From: Gemmatimonadota bacterium | Lineage (GTDB): Bacteria; Gemmatimonadota; Gemmatimonadetes; Palauibacterales; KS3-K002 | Assembly (NCBI GenBank): GCA_039586795.1 | Contig: JBDHJS010000009.1 | Location: forward strand, 1-64,000 | Length of the DNA: 64,000 bases | Direction: 5' to 3' | Made by a program: the position numbers and the translations under genes | The notes under the pieces: generated by a model | What the model saw: only the letters and a program-made list of their open reading frames with translations | Database searches by the model: none | Told to the model about the DNA's origin: nothing | Shown: piece by piece, positions 10,367-18,821 of the stretch | Position numbering within the stretch: the first letter of the stretch is position 1 | How the letters are laid out: the number at the start of each line of letters is the position of its first letter

Positions 10367-11383
10367 CTAGCGCGACACCGATGCCGCCTCGCGCACCTCT
10401 TGTTCGATCCATGGGTAGGTCATGGCGATGCCCTCGCTGAGGGAGATGACCGGTCGCCAACCCAGCACCTGCTCGATCAGGGTGTTGTCGGAATTGCGGC
10501 CCCGCACGCCCTGGGGCTTGGTCGTATCGTAGGATTTGTGGACTTGCTTGCTAGCGGCTGCCGCCGCGTAGTCCACCAGCTGGTTAATTGTGACCATCTC
10601 GTCGGAACCAATGTTGATCGGCTCACGATGGTCGGATTGCGTAAGGCGGTAAACGCCTTCCAGGCAATCGTCGATGTAGCAGAACGAGCGAGTTTGCTCA
10701 CCGTCACCCCAAATCTCGATCGTCCCGCCGTCTTCGATCTCGGCTACCTTGCGGCAGATGGCCGCGGGCGCCTTCTCACGACCGCCGGTCCATGTCCCGT
10801 GCGGCCCATAGATATTGTGGAACCGAGCGACTCTCGTCTCCATGCCGTAGTCCTCCAGGTAGGACGTACAAAGTCGCTCGGTGAACAGCTTCTCCCAGCC
10901 GTATTCGTTGTCGGGGTCGGCTGGATAGGCGTCAGACTCCCGCAATCCGGGGATCTCCGCTTCTTCCTGCTTGTAGGTCGGGTAGATGCAAGCCGACGAG
11001 GAGTAGAAGTAGCGGCCGACGTCGTTCTGTCGCGCTGCCTCCAGCACGTGCGTGTTGATCAGAACGTTGTCGTGAAGGACTTCGGCCTTAACGGTCTCGA
11101 TGAAACCGATCCCGCCCATGTTCGCGGCCAGCTGATAAACCTCGTCCACACCCTCGGTCGCGGCCAGGCAGTTGTCCCAACGCCGCAAGTCCAAGAGAAG
11201 AAACTCGTCCGCGGCTACCTGCATGAACTCGTGTTCTTTGATGTCGACGCCACGCACCCAGTAGCCTTTGTTCTTCAGGAAGTGCACCAGGTGGCCGCCG
11301 ATGAACCCTCCTGCCCCTGTAACGAGAGCTTTCTTCATTGGTTTATCCTTGGTCTGTGAAGTTGTTGATTGCTCTGCGCTCAC
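10367..11383 (-). CDS. NAD-dependent epimerase, GDP-mannose 3,5-epimerase-like
   Basis: 'GAGGFIG', 'LAANMGG', 'SSSACIYP', 'YGWEK', 'GGREKAPAAICRK', 'GVRGRNSDN' match the GME subfamily; start may be at MKKALV. Confidence 0.85.
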   Translation of the reverse strand: MSAEQSTTSQTKDKPMKKALVTGAGGFIGGHLVHFLKNKGYWVRGVDIKEHEFMQVAADEFLLLDLRRWDNCLAATEGVDEVYQLAANMGGIGFIETVKAEVLHDNVLINTHVLEAARQNDVGRYFYSSSACIYPTYKQEEAEIPGLRESDAYPADPDNEYGWEKLFTERLCTSYLEDYGMETRVARFHNIYGPHGTWTGGREKAPAAICRKVAEIEDGGTIEIWGDGEQTRSFCYIDDCLEGVYRLTQSDHREPINIGSDEMVTINQLVDYAAAAASKQVHKSYDTTKPQGVRGRNSDNTLIEQVLGWRPVISLSEGIAMTYPWIEQEVREAASVSR

Positions 11384-12948
11384 ATCGCTCCGTCGGCGCG
11401 GAAGACCGCTGGCAGCGTTCGGAGCAGAATCCGTATGTCTCTTCCAATCGACCAGTTGCGAATGTAGTCCAGATCCTGAGCTACGACAGCGTCAAAGTCC
11501 TTGAGCTGGCTGCGACCGTTGACCTGCCACTGACCCGTGATGCCTGGCAGCACCGAGTAGCGCTGGAAATGATGCGGTTCGTAGAGTTCGAGATCTTCCA
11601 TGAAGAACGGGCGCGGCCCGACCAGACTCATCTGACCGCGAAGCACGTTCCATAGCTGCGGCAGCTCGTCCACGCTAAACCGGCGCATTATTCGTCCAAC
11701 GCGAGTCACGCGCGGATCGCCGTCGATCTTGAAGAGTCTCCAGTCACCTGACCCGTTCAGGTGGGCAACATCCTTCTTCTGAGCATCGGCGCCGTCGATC
11801 ATGGTTCGGAACTTCAACATCTTGAACGGTCGGCCGCCCAATCCCACTCGTGTCTGTCGGAAGAAGACCGGACCCCGCGAATCCAGTTTGATGACAGCGC
11901 CCAAAACCAGGAATACGGGGGCTAGCAGCACGAGCCCGATAGCGGCGCCGAGCCTGTCGATGGCTCTCTTCAGTGCCATTTCCGGCAGCCTGGGCACTGC
12001 CTTGAACAGTTCGATGATCGTTACGGGCCCACTGATCACAGCCCGCACATCCGCACTGAACACCTGCCGGAAAGGTGGTACCACAAATATCGGTAGGCCG
12101 CGCTCCTGGCAGCCGTCCAGTACGACGCGCACGAGCTTGGCCGGTGCATCGACCGATACCACCACGCCGGCCAGAGCCGGATTGCGGCTGACCTCATCCA
12201 GCGCCCTCAGCGCGCGCTGGCGGCCACCATTGGTCGGTCGATCGACGACGATAGTCTCGCAGACCCGGACGTGGCTGTCGGATTGTCGGGCGATCCGCTC
12301 CGCGTCTTTTGAAGCGCCATCTGGCGTTGTGATCAGAGCGACGCGCCTCAAACCAAACCCAGCTCGTCGTAGCTTCTTGTACAAGGAGCGAGCGATTCGC
12401 CGCCCCTGCAACAACGCGATAAGCGCCAGGCTCGTCGTCAGTGTCACGACCGCCCAGGAGAGATTGAGGTTCGAGTAGATGCTCAGGCCAAGGAAGAAGA
12501 GCGACGAGGCGAGAACGCTCGCGATTCCGATGCGGGCCAGTGCGTGGGTCGCACGGCCCCCGTAGGTCCCCACTGCGGCAAGCGCCAGTATTTGCAGTGT
12601 GAGGAACGCGGGAATCGTATCAGAAGGCAGCAGGTAAAAAGCTTCCCCGCCAAACGACTGGACCGGGAAGCTCAGGGCGGCGATCGCACTTGCTATCAAC
12701 GTAACCAACGCGACAGCGAGAGCGTCGACGGCCATCAGGCTCGTGACCCTTCCACAGCTCCTAAAGAACTCACGGACGCGCCGACGCCACGCGTGGTCCT
12801 TGTCCGTTCGGACATCATGGGGCGCTACGGGCGGTTCGGCCGGCTCAGTTACTCGGCTTTCGCCTCGCGTCTGGCGAGGCTCCGCAACCCTCGCTTCGGC
12901 CAATTCTATCGGATTCAAGGCGCTACTTTCCTGCGTGTGGCGGGGCAC
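11380..12948 (-). CDS. Priming polyprenyl-phosphate glycosylphosphotransferase (WcaJ/WbaP family)
   Basis: N-terminal TMs; C-terminal Bac_transf motifs 'KFRTM', 'DPRVTRVG', 'DELPQLWNVLRGQMSLVGPRP', 'PGITGQWQV'. Confidence 0.92.
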   Translation of the reverse strand: MPRHTQESSALNPIELAEARVAEPRQTRGESRVTEPAEPPVAPHDVRTDKDHAWRRRVREFFRSCGRVTSLMAVDALAVALVTLIASAIAALSFPVQSFGGEAFYLLPSDTIPAFLTLQILALAAVGTYGGRATHALARIGIASVLASSLFFLGLSIYSNLNLSWAVVTLTTSLALIALLQGRRIARSLYKKLRRAGFGLRRVALITTPDGASKDAERIARQSDSHVRVCETIVVDRPTNGGRQRALRALDEVSRNPALAGVVVSVDAPAKLVRVVLDGCQERGLPIFVVPPFRQVFSADVRAVISGPVTIIELFKAVPRLPEMALKRAIDRLGAAIGLVLLAPVFLVLGAVIKLDSRGPVFFRQTRVGLGGRPFKMLKFRTMIDGADAQKKDVAHLNGSGDWRLFKIDGDPRVTRVGRIMRRFSVDELPQLWNVLRGQMSLVGPRPFFMEDLELYEPHHFQRYSVLPGITGQWQVNGRSQLKDFDAVVAQDLDYIRNWSIGRDIRILLRTLPAVFRADGAM

Positions 12949-13218
12949 GCTAACGGTTCACGGTCATCGACCGACCATCGGGGCTGAAGTTGCCGTCCAA
13001 CGGTCAGGTCGGAGCTACTCTCGCTGCTGACGGTCTCTCTACTTCCAGGGTGCTCTCGAGAGCCAAGCCACCCTGCTTCCCATAAGGCGCTAACAGGGTT
13101 AGGGTGCTGTTGCGGGGGTCTCCCGTTGCTGTCGGAGCAGAAAGCTCGTTGGCCTGTAAGTGGAGCAACCCGATAAACCGCGGGGGAGCTTGCGCAGGAA
13201 ATTCGCGCAAGGGGCCCC

Positions 13219-13247
13219 ATCTTATACATAAGACGTGCCCCTGTCAA
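13219..13247 (-). promoter_or_regulatory. Sigma70-type promoter of the polysaccharide operon
   Basis: On the - strand TTGACA (13247-13242)-N17-TAAGAT (13224-13219). Confidence 0.65.
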
Positions 13248-13432
13248 GGGTTACGGCATGACGGACAGCCGGCAAGCTTTCCCTTCAAGCGCCGGCGTCC
13301 GTTCGCTCAGCCGTCATCTGGCCCACCAGAAACAGGCCAGATGGCCCACTCTCCTTTGTTAGACTGCCCAGACCCCAAAACGTTAAAGAGCGCTCTGGCC
13401 GAGGCTGATACGGGGCCTTATTATGCGCGGCG

Positions 13433-15025
13433 ATGAATCGCTCGATTCTTGTTTGCGCCGTCGCCACTCTCATCGCGGTGTCTACGCTAACCGCTCAGAC
13501 TGCCGCGCAAGACGACTCCGACCCAAAAGACCGGTTCTACACATCGAGGTACTTGGGGCTGGAGAGCTGGACTTACCGCTATATCGATCTACTCGTCGCT
13601 CGTGGCACGCTGAAGGGGCTTTCACCCCTTCTTCAGCCGTACCGGCGTATCGATGTGGCGAAAGCGATCTTGGAAGCCGAGGAGGAAGGCGGGCTCACGA
13701 GCCAGGAGAGGGATTGGCTGGAGCTACTGAAACGAGAGTTCGAGAGGGAGATCGACAAGCTTGGCCGAAACGATCGACAGGGCATAGCGTTCCGCGCGAG
13801 GTTCGGCGCCGGTTTCGATGTTATGACGCACACGCATCGGGATGTGCTGCGCCCTGAGGGTCCCACGAAATTCTTTTATACGTGGGTGCTGAACCTGTAC
13901 GGAGAGGCGCCCGCAGTGGCCGGGGCCCTGAAGTTTCGCTGGAACGGACACTACCTGAACGACCCACAGTTCCCAGATGGCAATGTCGTTCCGAAACGGG
14001 CCTGCGATCCGATCATCGATGAATGCGCCTATAGGATGGATGAGGCGTATATCGAGATGCAGCTCCCCTTCGTCCGCCTCTTCTTTGGCCGCTTATACAG
14101 GAACTGGGGTCTGCCGGGCGCCTTTGGCTTCCTGGTCTCGCCCTATGCCTACAGCTACGATCACATCGGATATCGGTTTGGCAACGAACGCATCGGCCTG
14201 AATGGCTTCTTCACGTCCTTCACCGATTTCCCCGGTGATACCGCGCGCTACATGTCGACTCACCGATTCGACTGGATGATCCGGGACAACCTGGTGATAT
14301 CCGTAGGAGAATCGGTTCTTTATGGAGGAGAGAATCGCCGAATCGATCTGGCGCTGACCAACCCGGTTAATGTCTGGGAGATAAGCGCCGGGCAGCCGGG
14401 CAAGGGTGGCGCGGTCAACGCGCTCGGGATGGCCGAGGTCTGGTGGCGACCCTTCTCGAACCTCGTCACGTATGGGGCGTTCATGGTCGACAACACGAAC
14501 GTCGGTGATGAGGGTGTGAGCCACGGGATCCTTCAATACGCCGGTGGGTTGGGCGCCCAGGTCCCGGCTCTAACGCCGAGCATCGGCTTGCGGTTCGATT
14601 TCTCGGTTGTGAACAGTCTGGCCTACCGTAGCCGGCTCGGCTTCTTCGAATATTACGCGGTCGGACAAGCCGGGTGGGGGATCGGACTTTCTCACGATCG
14701 CGTTGATGCGATCGTCCTGAACGTTCTGGCGGACTGGTTCGTGCTCCCACAGCTCCTCTTGAGGCCCCAGCTCGTCACCATGTGGAAGGGTGAGGCGGAT
14801 CTCACCGACCCGTGGCCCGACAACGCGTTCACCGACTACCCTAAATTGATGGTCGGCATCGTAGAAACGACCGTGCGGCCGGCTCTGGGAGGACTCTGGC
14901 GTTTTCCGTATGGCGACTTTCGCTGGGATCTCGGAGTCAACATCATCGACAACAGATACCACGTAGAGTCTGGTTGGGACGCGGAGGTGGTGGGTCGTGC
15001 GACGTTTGAGGTACGGGTCGGCTGA
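13433..15025 (+). CDS. Capsule assembly Wzi-family outer-membrane beta-barrel protein
   Basis: Signal peptide ending LTA-Q; aromatic-rich beta strands; 'GR..RNWG', 'HRFDW', 'ESVLY'; C-terminal 'ATFEVRVG'; divergent from the polysaccharide operon. Confidence 0.6.
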   Translation: MNRSILVCAVATLIAVSTLTAQTAAQDDSDPKDRFYTSRYLGLESWTYRYIDLLVARGTLKGLSPLLQPYRRIDVAKAILEAEEEGGLTSQERDWLELLKREFEREIDKLGRNDRQGIAFRARFGAGFDVMTHTHRDVLRPEGPTKFFYTWVLNLYGEAPAVAGALKFRWNGHYLNDPQFPDGNVVPKRACDPIIDECAYRMDEAYIEMQLPFVRLFFGRLYRNWGLPGAFGFLVSPYAYSYDHIGYRFGNERIGLNGFFTSFTDFPGDTARYMSTHRFDWMIRDNLVISVGESVLYGGENRRIDLALTNPVNVWEISAGQPGKGGAVNALGMAEVWWRPFSNLVTYGAFMVDNTNVGDEGVSHGILQYAGGLGAQVPALTPSIGLRFDFSVVNSLAYRSRLGFFEYYAVGQAGWGIGLSHDRVDAIVLNVLADWFVLPQLLLRPQLVTMWKGEADLTDPWPDNAFTDYPKLMVGIVETTVRPALGGLWRFPYGDFRWDLGVNIIDNRYHVESGWDAEVVGRATFEVRVG

Positions 15026-15419
15026 CGGCGCTCGGGCTGCGCTAACCTGGCGTCGATTGGTCGTCGTCTACGTGTTGTTGGTCTTCGCCGTCACGCTGGC
15101 GCCCATCCCACACGACGCCGCGGTCAGGCTCAGCCTGTCTGGCTTGGACAAGCTGGTGCACGCGGTCGTGATCGCTGGTCTGGCGTTGCTGCTCCAGTGG
15201 CGCCCCGGAGCTCCATCCAGAGTGATATCGACGATAGCCGCATTTCTGGTCGCCGGGTCTGTGGCGGGACTGATCGAACTGCTGCAAGAGCCTCTGCCGT
15301 ATCGCAGCGGTGATGTCAGAGACTTCTTTGCGGGTATTGCTGGAGCGCTGGCCGCCATCCTGCTGTCGGCCGCGGTGCAGATGGCTACGGCCCGCCGCCG
15401 CGCGACGGGCCGTAACTAG
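14997..15419 (+). CDS. VanZ-like membrane protein
   Basis: 'DKLVHA', 'IELLQ...YRSGDVRDF'; about 4 TMs; start uncertain. Confidence 0.75.
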   Translation: MRRLRYGSADGARAALTWRRLVVVYVLLVFAVTLAPIPHDAAVRLSLSGLDKLVHAVVIAGLALLLQWRPGAPSRVISTIAAFLVAGSVAGLIELLQEPLPYRSGDVRDFFAGIAGALAAILLSAAVQMATARRRATGRN

Positions 15420-15439
15420 ACTCTGGGGATGGAATCCCC

Positions 15440-15886
15440 TTAATACTCGGAAGATTGTCGGCCGCTTCCGCTTCCTGTCCCTGGGCGCTTTGCCCGCTTC
15501 TTCATTTCGCTCGGCTTAGCCGTCTCGGTGACCTGGGACAGTAGATCGTGGATCTCCTTCTCGATCTCCTGAATCCTCAGCTGGCCAACCGCCATGTTCA
15601 CACCGCCCGTCGAGACGCCCTGACAGACCATGTGGAACTCCCGGACCTTCTTCAGTAGGACGTTTATCCAGTGGCGAAAGAGGTGATCCTGACGACGATC
15701 GTCCAGTCCTGGGGGCGGGCCTTCCGCCTCCTGTTTACCTCCAGCCAGTGCGGCACGAGCTAGTAGCAGTCCGATCAGAAGTCCGAGTGCAACGCGTGCC
15801 AGTGTATCCTCAACGAACGTGAGTACCAGCCCAAGCAGAACCACCAACGCTACGACAATAAGCGGCCCTCGCATGCTCTCGTCCAT
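15440..15886 (-). CDS. Hypothetical membrane protein (2 TM plus helical cytoplasmic domain)
   Basis: ATG 15886 preceded by AAGGAGAGG; two hydrophobic helices, then 'DDRRQD' and an amphipathic helical region. Confidence 0.6.
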   Translation of the reverse strand: MDESMRGPLIVVALVVLLGLVLTFVEDTLARVALGLLIGLLLARAALAGGKQEAEGPPPGLDDRRQDHLFRHWINVLLKKVREFHMVCQGVSTGGVNMAVGQLRIQEIEKEIHDLLSQVTETAKPSEMKKRAKRPGTGSGSGRQSSEY

Positions 15887-16109
15887 AAAGGGCCTCTCCT
15901 TCTTTGAGGGCGGCCGAAGTGCGCGAGTTTGAGCGAAAGTGCAGGCGAAGCAAATATAGTTTCCGGGCAATCGGGCGGCCACCGTCGAGCGTGGCCGGTT
16001 GAGTAAGAGTGACGCCGCGCCCGAGGTGTCTCGGTCACTTTGACCGGGATCGGCCGATCGGTCCTTGCTGCATCATACAGTATGATAAGCAGTTAGAGAG
16101 TACGGCAGG

Positions 16110-16125
16110 TGGCACTGAATCTGCA
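16110..16125 (+). promoter_or_regulatory. Putative sigma54 (-24/-12) promoter
   Basis: TGGCACTGAATCTGCA: GG-N10-GC with TGGCAC; an IHF-like TGATAAGCAGTTA lies just upstream. Confidence 0.5.
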
Positions 16126-16195
16126 TGGCTACTGGTACGGTAGGCTCCTCCCCTGGGGGTCCGAAAGCCCGATGTGGCGGGGAAAAGGTCAGATC

Positions 16196-16603
16196 GTGAA
16201 TCTTGGGATCGAGCTTGAAAGAGATATTTCGCCCGCGAAGTATCTGTGGGACAGTCGCGTAGAGTTTCCTGGCTTTGCCGAAGGTGCGGCGGTGGAAGCG
16301 GCGATCGAGGCCGGCGTAGCGCTGGAGGCATGGCAAATGGCTCGAGCGAGGCGTTGCTGGAGAATCGTCATCGAATCCGCCGAACAAGCGGGCCGCATGG
16401 CGCGCCGGGAAGGTCTCTCGACCCGCAGGCTGGTTGCGGACATTGATCGCGTGCTTGACGCGGTGGAAGTGGTAGTGTTTGACGGCCGCCTGCCGCCGGA
16501 TATGGCGGCGCGCACAGCGCGAATGGCGGCGAAAATGAGTGCCCGCGCCGTGGAGCACATGCTGCGCTCCTACTGGGAGGAAGGGAGCCAGGACGCGGCG
16601 TAG
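16196..16603 (+). CDS. Hypothetical all-helical protein
   Basis: ORF 16109-16603; start moved to GTG 16196 because the putative sigma54 promoter overlaps the longer start; no recognisable family. Confidence 0.5.
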   Translation: MNLGIELERDISPAKYLWDSRVEFPGFAEGAAVEAAIEAGVALEAWQMARARRCWRIVIESAEQAGRMARREGLSTRRLVADIDRVLDAVEVVVFDGRLPPDMAARTARMAAKMSARAVEHMLRSYWEEGSQDAA

Positions 16604-16735
16604 GGGTAATAGTCGGCAGTGGGAGACCACTTGCCGACGAACCCAGCCCCGGTAGGTTTTCGTATAGAGATATAGAGCGTTGGCAGTGGCATAGGGTGAA
16701 GTGTGACCCTCGAGCCGTAAGGCCAGGAGGTTTCG

Positions 16736-17347
16736 ATGCATCCACATGCTCGTACTGCCGTCCACTGTTCCGCACTGGTGTTGTTTTCCTTCATAACGGC
16801 CTGCGGCGGAACGACCGTTCGGCGTCTCGACCCGGAGTCGACGACCGATCTCAGTGGATTTTGGAACGATACGGATTCCCGGTTGGTGGCGGACGAAATG
16901 ATCGCCGACTGTCTGACCCATCCGTGGATTCAGAATCACATGTTGCGCTACGACGGTAAGCCCGTCGTAATTGTCGGGACCGTCCGGAACCGAAGCACCG
17001 AGCATATACAGACCGGCACGTTCATCCGCGACATGGAGCGCGCCATGGTCAACTCTGGGCAAGTGACAGTAGTCGCGGACTATTTTGAGCGGGAAGAGCT
17101 CCGCGACGAGCGCGAGGCCCAGCAGGATTGGGCGCGCGAGGAGACCCGGAAGAAACTGCGGGCCGAAACCGGTGCTGACTACATGCTGAACGGCGATATC
17201 GATGTGATCATCGATCGGGAAGGTGGGACGGAGGTCAAGTTCTACCAGGTCGATCTCTTCCTTACCCACATCGAGACGAACGAACGCTCCTGGGTCGGCC
17301 AGAAGAAGATCAAGAAGGAAGTTTCGCGCAGCAGCCTGGGCATGTAG
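16736..17347 (+). CDS. lpoB: Penicillin-binding protein activator LpoB-like lipoprotein
   Basis: Lipobox 'ITA-C'; 'DLSGFWNDTD', 'NRSTEHI', 'GADYML.G.I'; AGGAGG RBS. Confidence 0.8.
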   Translation: MHPHARTAVHCSALVLFSFITACGGTTVRRLDPESTTDLSGFWNDTDSRLVADEMIADCLTHPWIQNHMLRYDGKPVVIVGTVRNRSTEHIQTGTFIRDMERAMVNSGQVTVVADYFEREELRDEREAQQDWAREETRKKLRAETGADYMLNGDIDVIIDREGGTEVKFYQVDLFLTHIETNERSWVGQKKIKKEVSRSSLGM

Positions 17348-17374
17348 GTCCGCCGGGTCAGCAGGATTAGAGTC

Positions 17375-18820
17375 GTGGGAATCTCCGCGAGTCCCGTCGG
17401 GCGGTTAGCGGCTCTGGCGGTTTGCGCGATCGCGCTGGCGGGCTGTTCCGGTCACGCCGATACGATGCATGGTGTCCGCGAGGCGCTCCAGGCCAACGAC
17501 CTGGACGGAGCCCGGGCCCGCCTGGCCGATGCTGGTCGTGGCACGGACGACCTTCTTTTCGCCCTCGAGGACGGGCTTCTTCTCCACTACGCCGGGGATC
17601 CCGAGCTCTCCAACTCGCGGTTCGAGTTTGCGGAGCGCCGCGTGGATGAGCTCTATACCAAGAGCATAACGCGAGCTGCGTTTTCCCTTCTGACGTCCGA
17701 CCTGATTCTCAAGTTCAATCCCTGGGGCATCGACAACTTCCTGGTCAACTATTATCGGGCTCTCAATTACCTGCAGCTTGGCGACCTGACGGGCGCCAAC
17801 GTCGAGTGGCGTAAGCTGAATGCCAAGCTCCGTTTCAGCCGCGAGCACGGCGACGCGCCGTATCTCGATCCTCCGTTTTTCAATCATCTGGCGGGTCTCG
17901 GGTTGGAGGCCGACGACCCCAACGAAGCCTACGTATCGATGCGGCTGGCTGAAGAGAGCTATCGGGCGTCGGGTCACCAGACTCCCCCCGATCTGGTGGA
18001 TGACCTATTGCGTCTCTCCGCGGCCCTCGGGTTCGGCGACCAGTACGAGATGTACCGATCCCGATACGGTCGCTCTTCTGAGGCACTCAATAGGCTGGTC
18101 TTCAGCCCGGGGTGGAGCCACTACTCCGAGGGTGAACCGGCCGCCGAGATCATCGTCTTGATCGAGGATGGGCTTGTCGCTCCAATCGAGGAGGTCCGAG
18201 CCTACATACCGGTCACCGACGGGCGGGCGGCACGTCTCTACGAGGCAGGTATGGACGAGCGTGTGAGGATGGCGTTTGTCATGGCTGAGGAGTATGACGC
18301 AGGACGGTATCGAGGCAGCTCGAGTCACAGCGGATCGGGTATCGCGTATGTGATGCCTCTCTCGTTCCCAGTGTTCGGGCCGGGGTTTCCCGCTTTCGAG
18401 TGGGCGGAGGTGTCCGTTGCTGATGGCCCGGTCACGAGCGCCCAAAGGGCCGTCCACATCACATCGCTGCAACAACGCGCCTTCGACGACCGGTTGCTGG
18501 GCATCTACGCGAAGACGATCGCCCGCGCGCTGGTCAAATGGGCGGCGGCCGCCAAGCTCGAGGAAGAAGCGGAGAAGGAAGGCGGAGATACCGTCGGCGA
18601 TATCGTGGGGATCCTGGCAAACGCGGTGAACGTAGCGACGGAGCGGGCGGATACTAGAGCCTGGCTCGGCTTACCGGACCGAATCTGGATGGCGCGTTTG
18701 CGAGTGCCGCCAGGCCAGCACGAGGTCGAGGCAAACGTCGGTGGTCTCGGTCAGGTTAGTCTCGGTAGCGTCAACGTCAGAGCGGGTGAGCGTGTCTTTC
18801 TGAGCTACAGGGTCTTCTAG
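17375..18820 (+). CDS. COG3014-family TPR-like lipoprotein
   Basis: Lipobox 'LAG-C'; 'SN..F..AE', 'NYYRALNYL', C-terminal 'ERADTRAW..LP'; usual partner of lpoB. Confidence 0.75.
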   Translation: MGISASPVGRLAALAVCAIALAGCSGHADTMHGVREALQANDLDGARARLADAGRGTDDLLFALEDGLLLHYAGDPELSNSRFEFAERRVDELYTKSITRAAFSLLTSDLILKFNPWGIDNFLVNYYRALNYLQLGDLTGANVEWRKLNAKLRFSREHGDAPYLDPPFFNHLAGLGLEADDPNEAYVSMRLAEESYRASGHQTPPDLVDDLLRLSAALGFGDQYEMYRSRYGRSSEALNRLVFSPGWSHYSEGEPAAEIIVLIEDGLVAPIEEVRAYIPVTDGRAARLYEAGMDERVRMAFVMAEEYDAGRYRGSSSHSGSGIAYVMPLSFPVFGPGFPAFEWAEVSVADGPVTSAQRAVHITSLQQRAFDDRLLGIYAKTIARALVKWAAAAKLEEEAEKEGGDTVGDIVGILANAVNVATERADTRAWLGLPDRIWMARLRVPPGQHEVEANVGGLGQVSLGSVNVRAGERVFLSYRVF

Positions 18821-18821
18821 C

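Noticed and set aside
10400..11359. 319-aa plus-strand ORF
   Set aside because: Antisense shadow of the well-supported epimerase gene.
16073..17269. 398-aa minus-strand ORF
   Set aside because: Antisense to lpoB and the upstream gene; no motifs; typical shadow ORF in GC-rich DNA.
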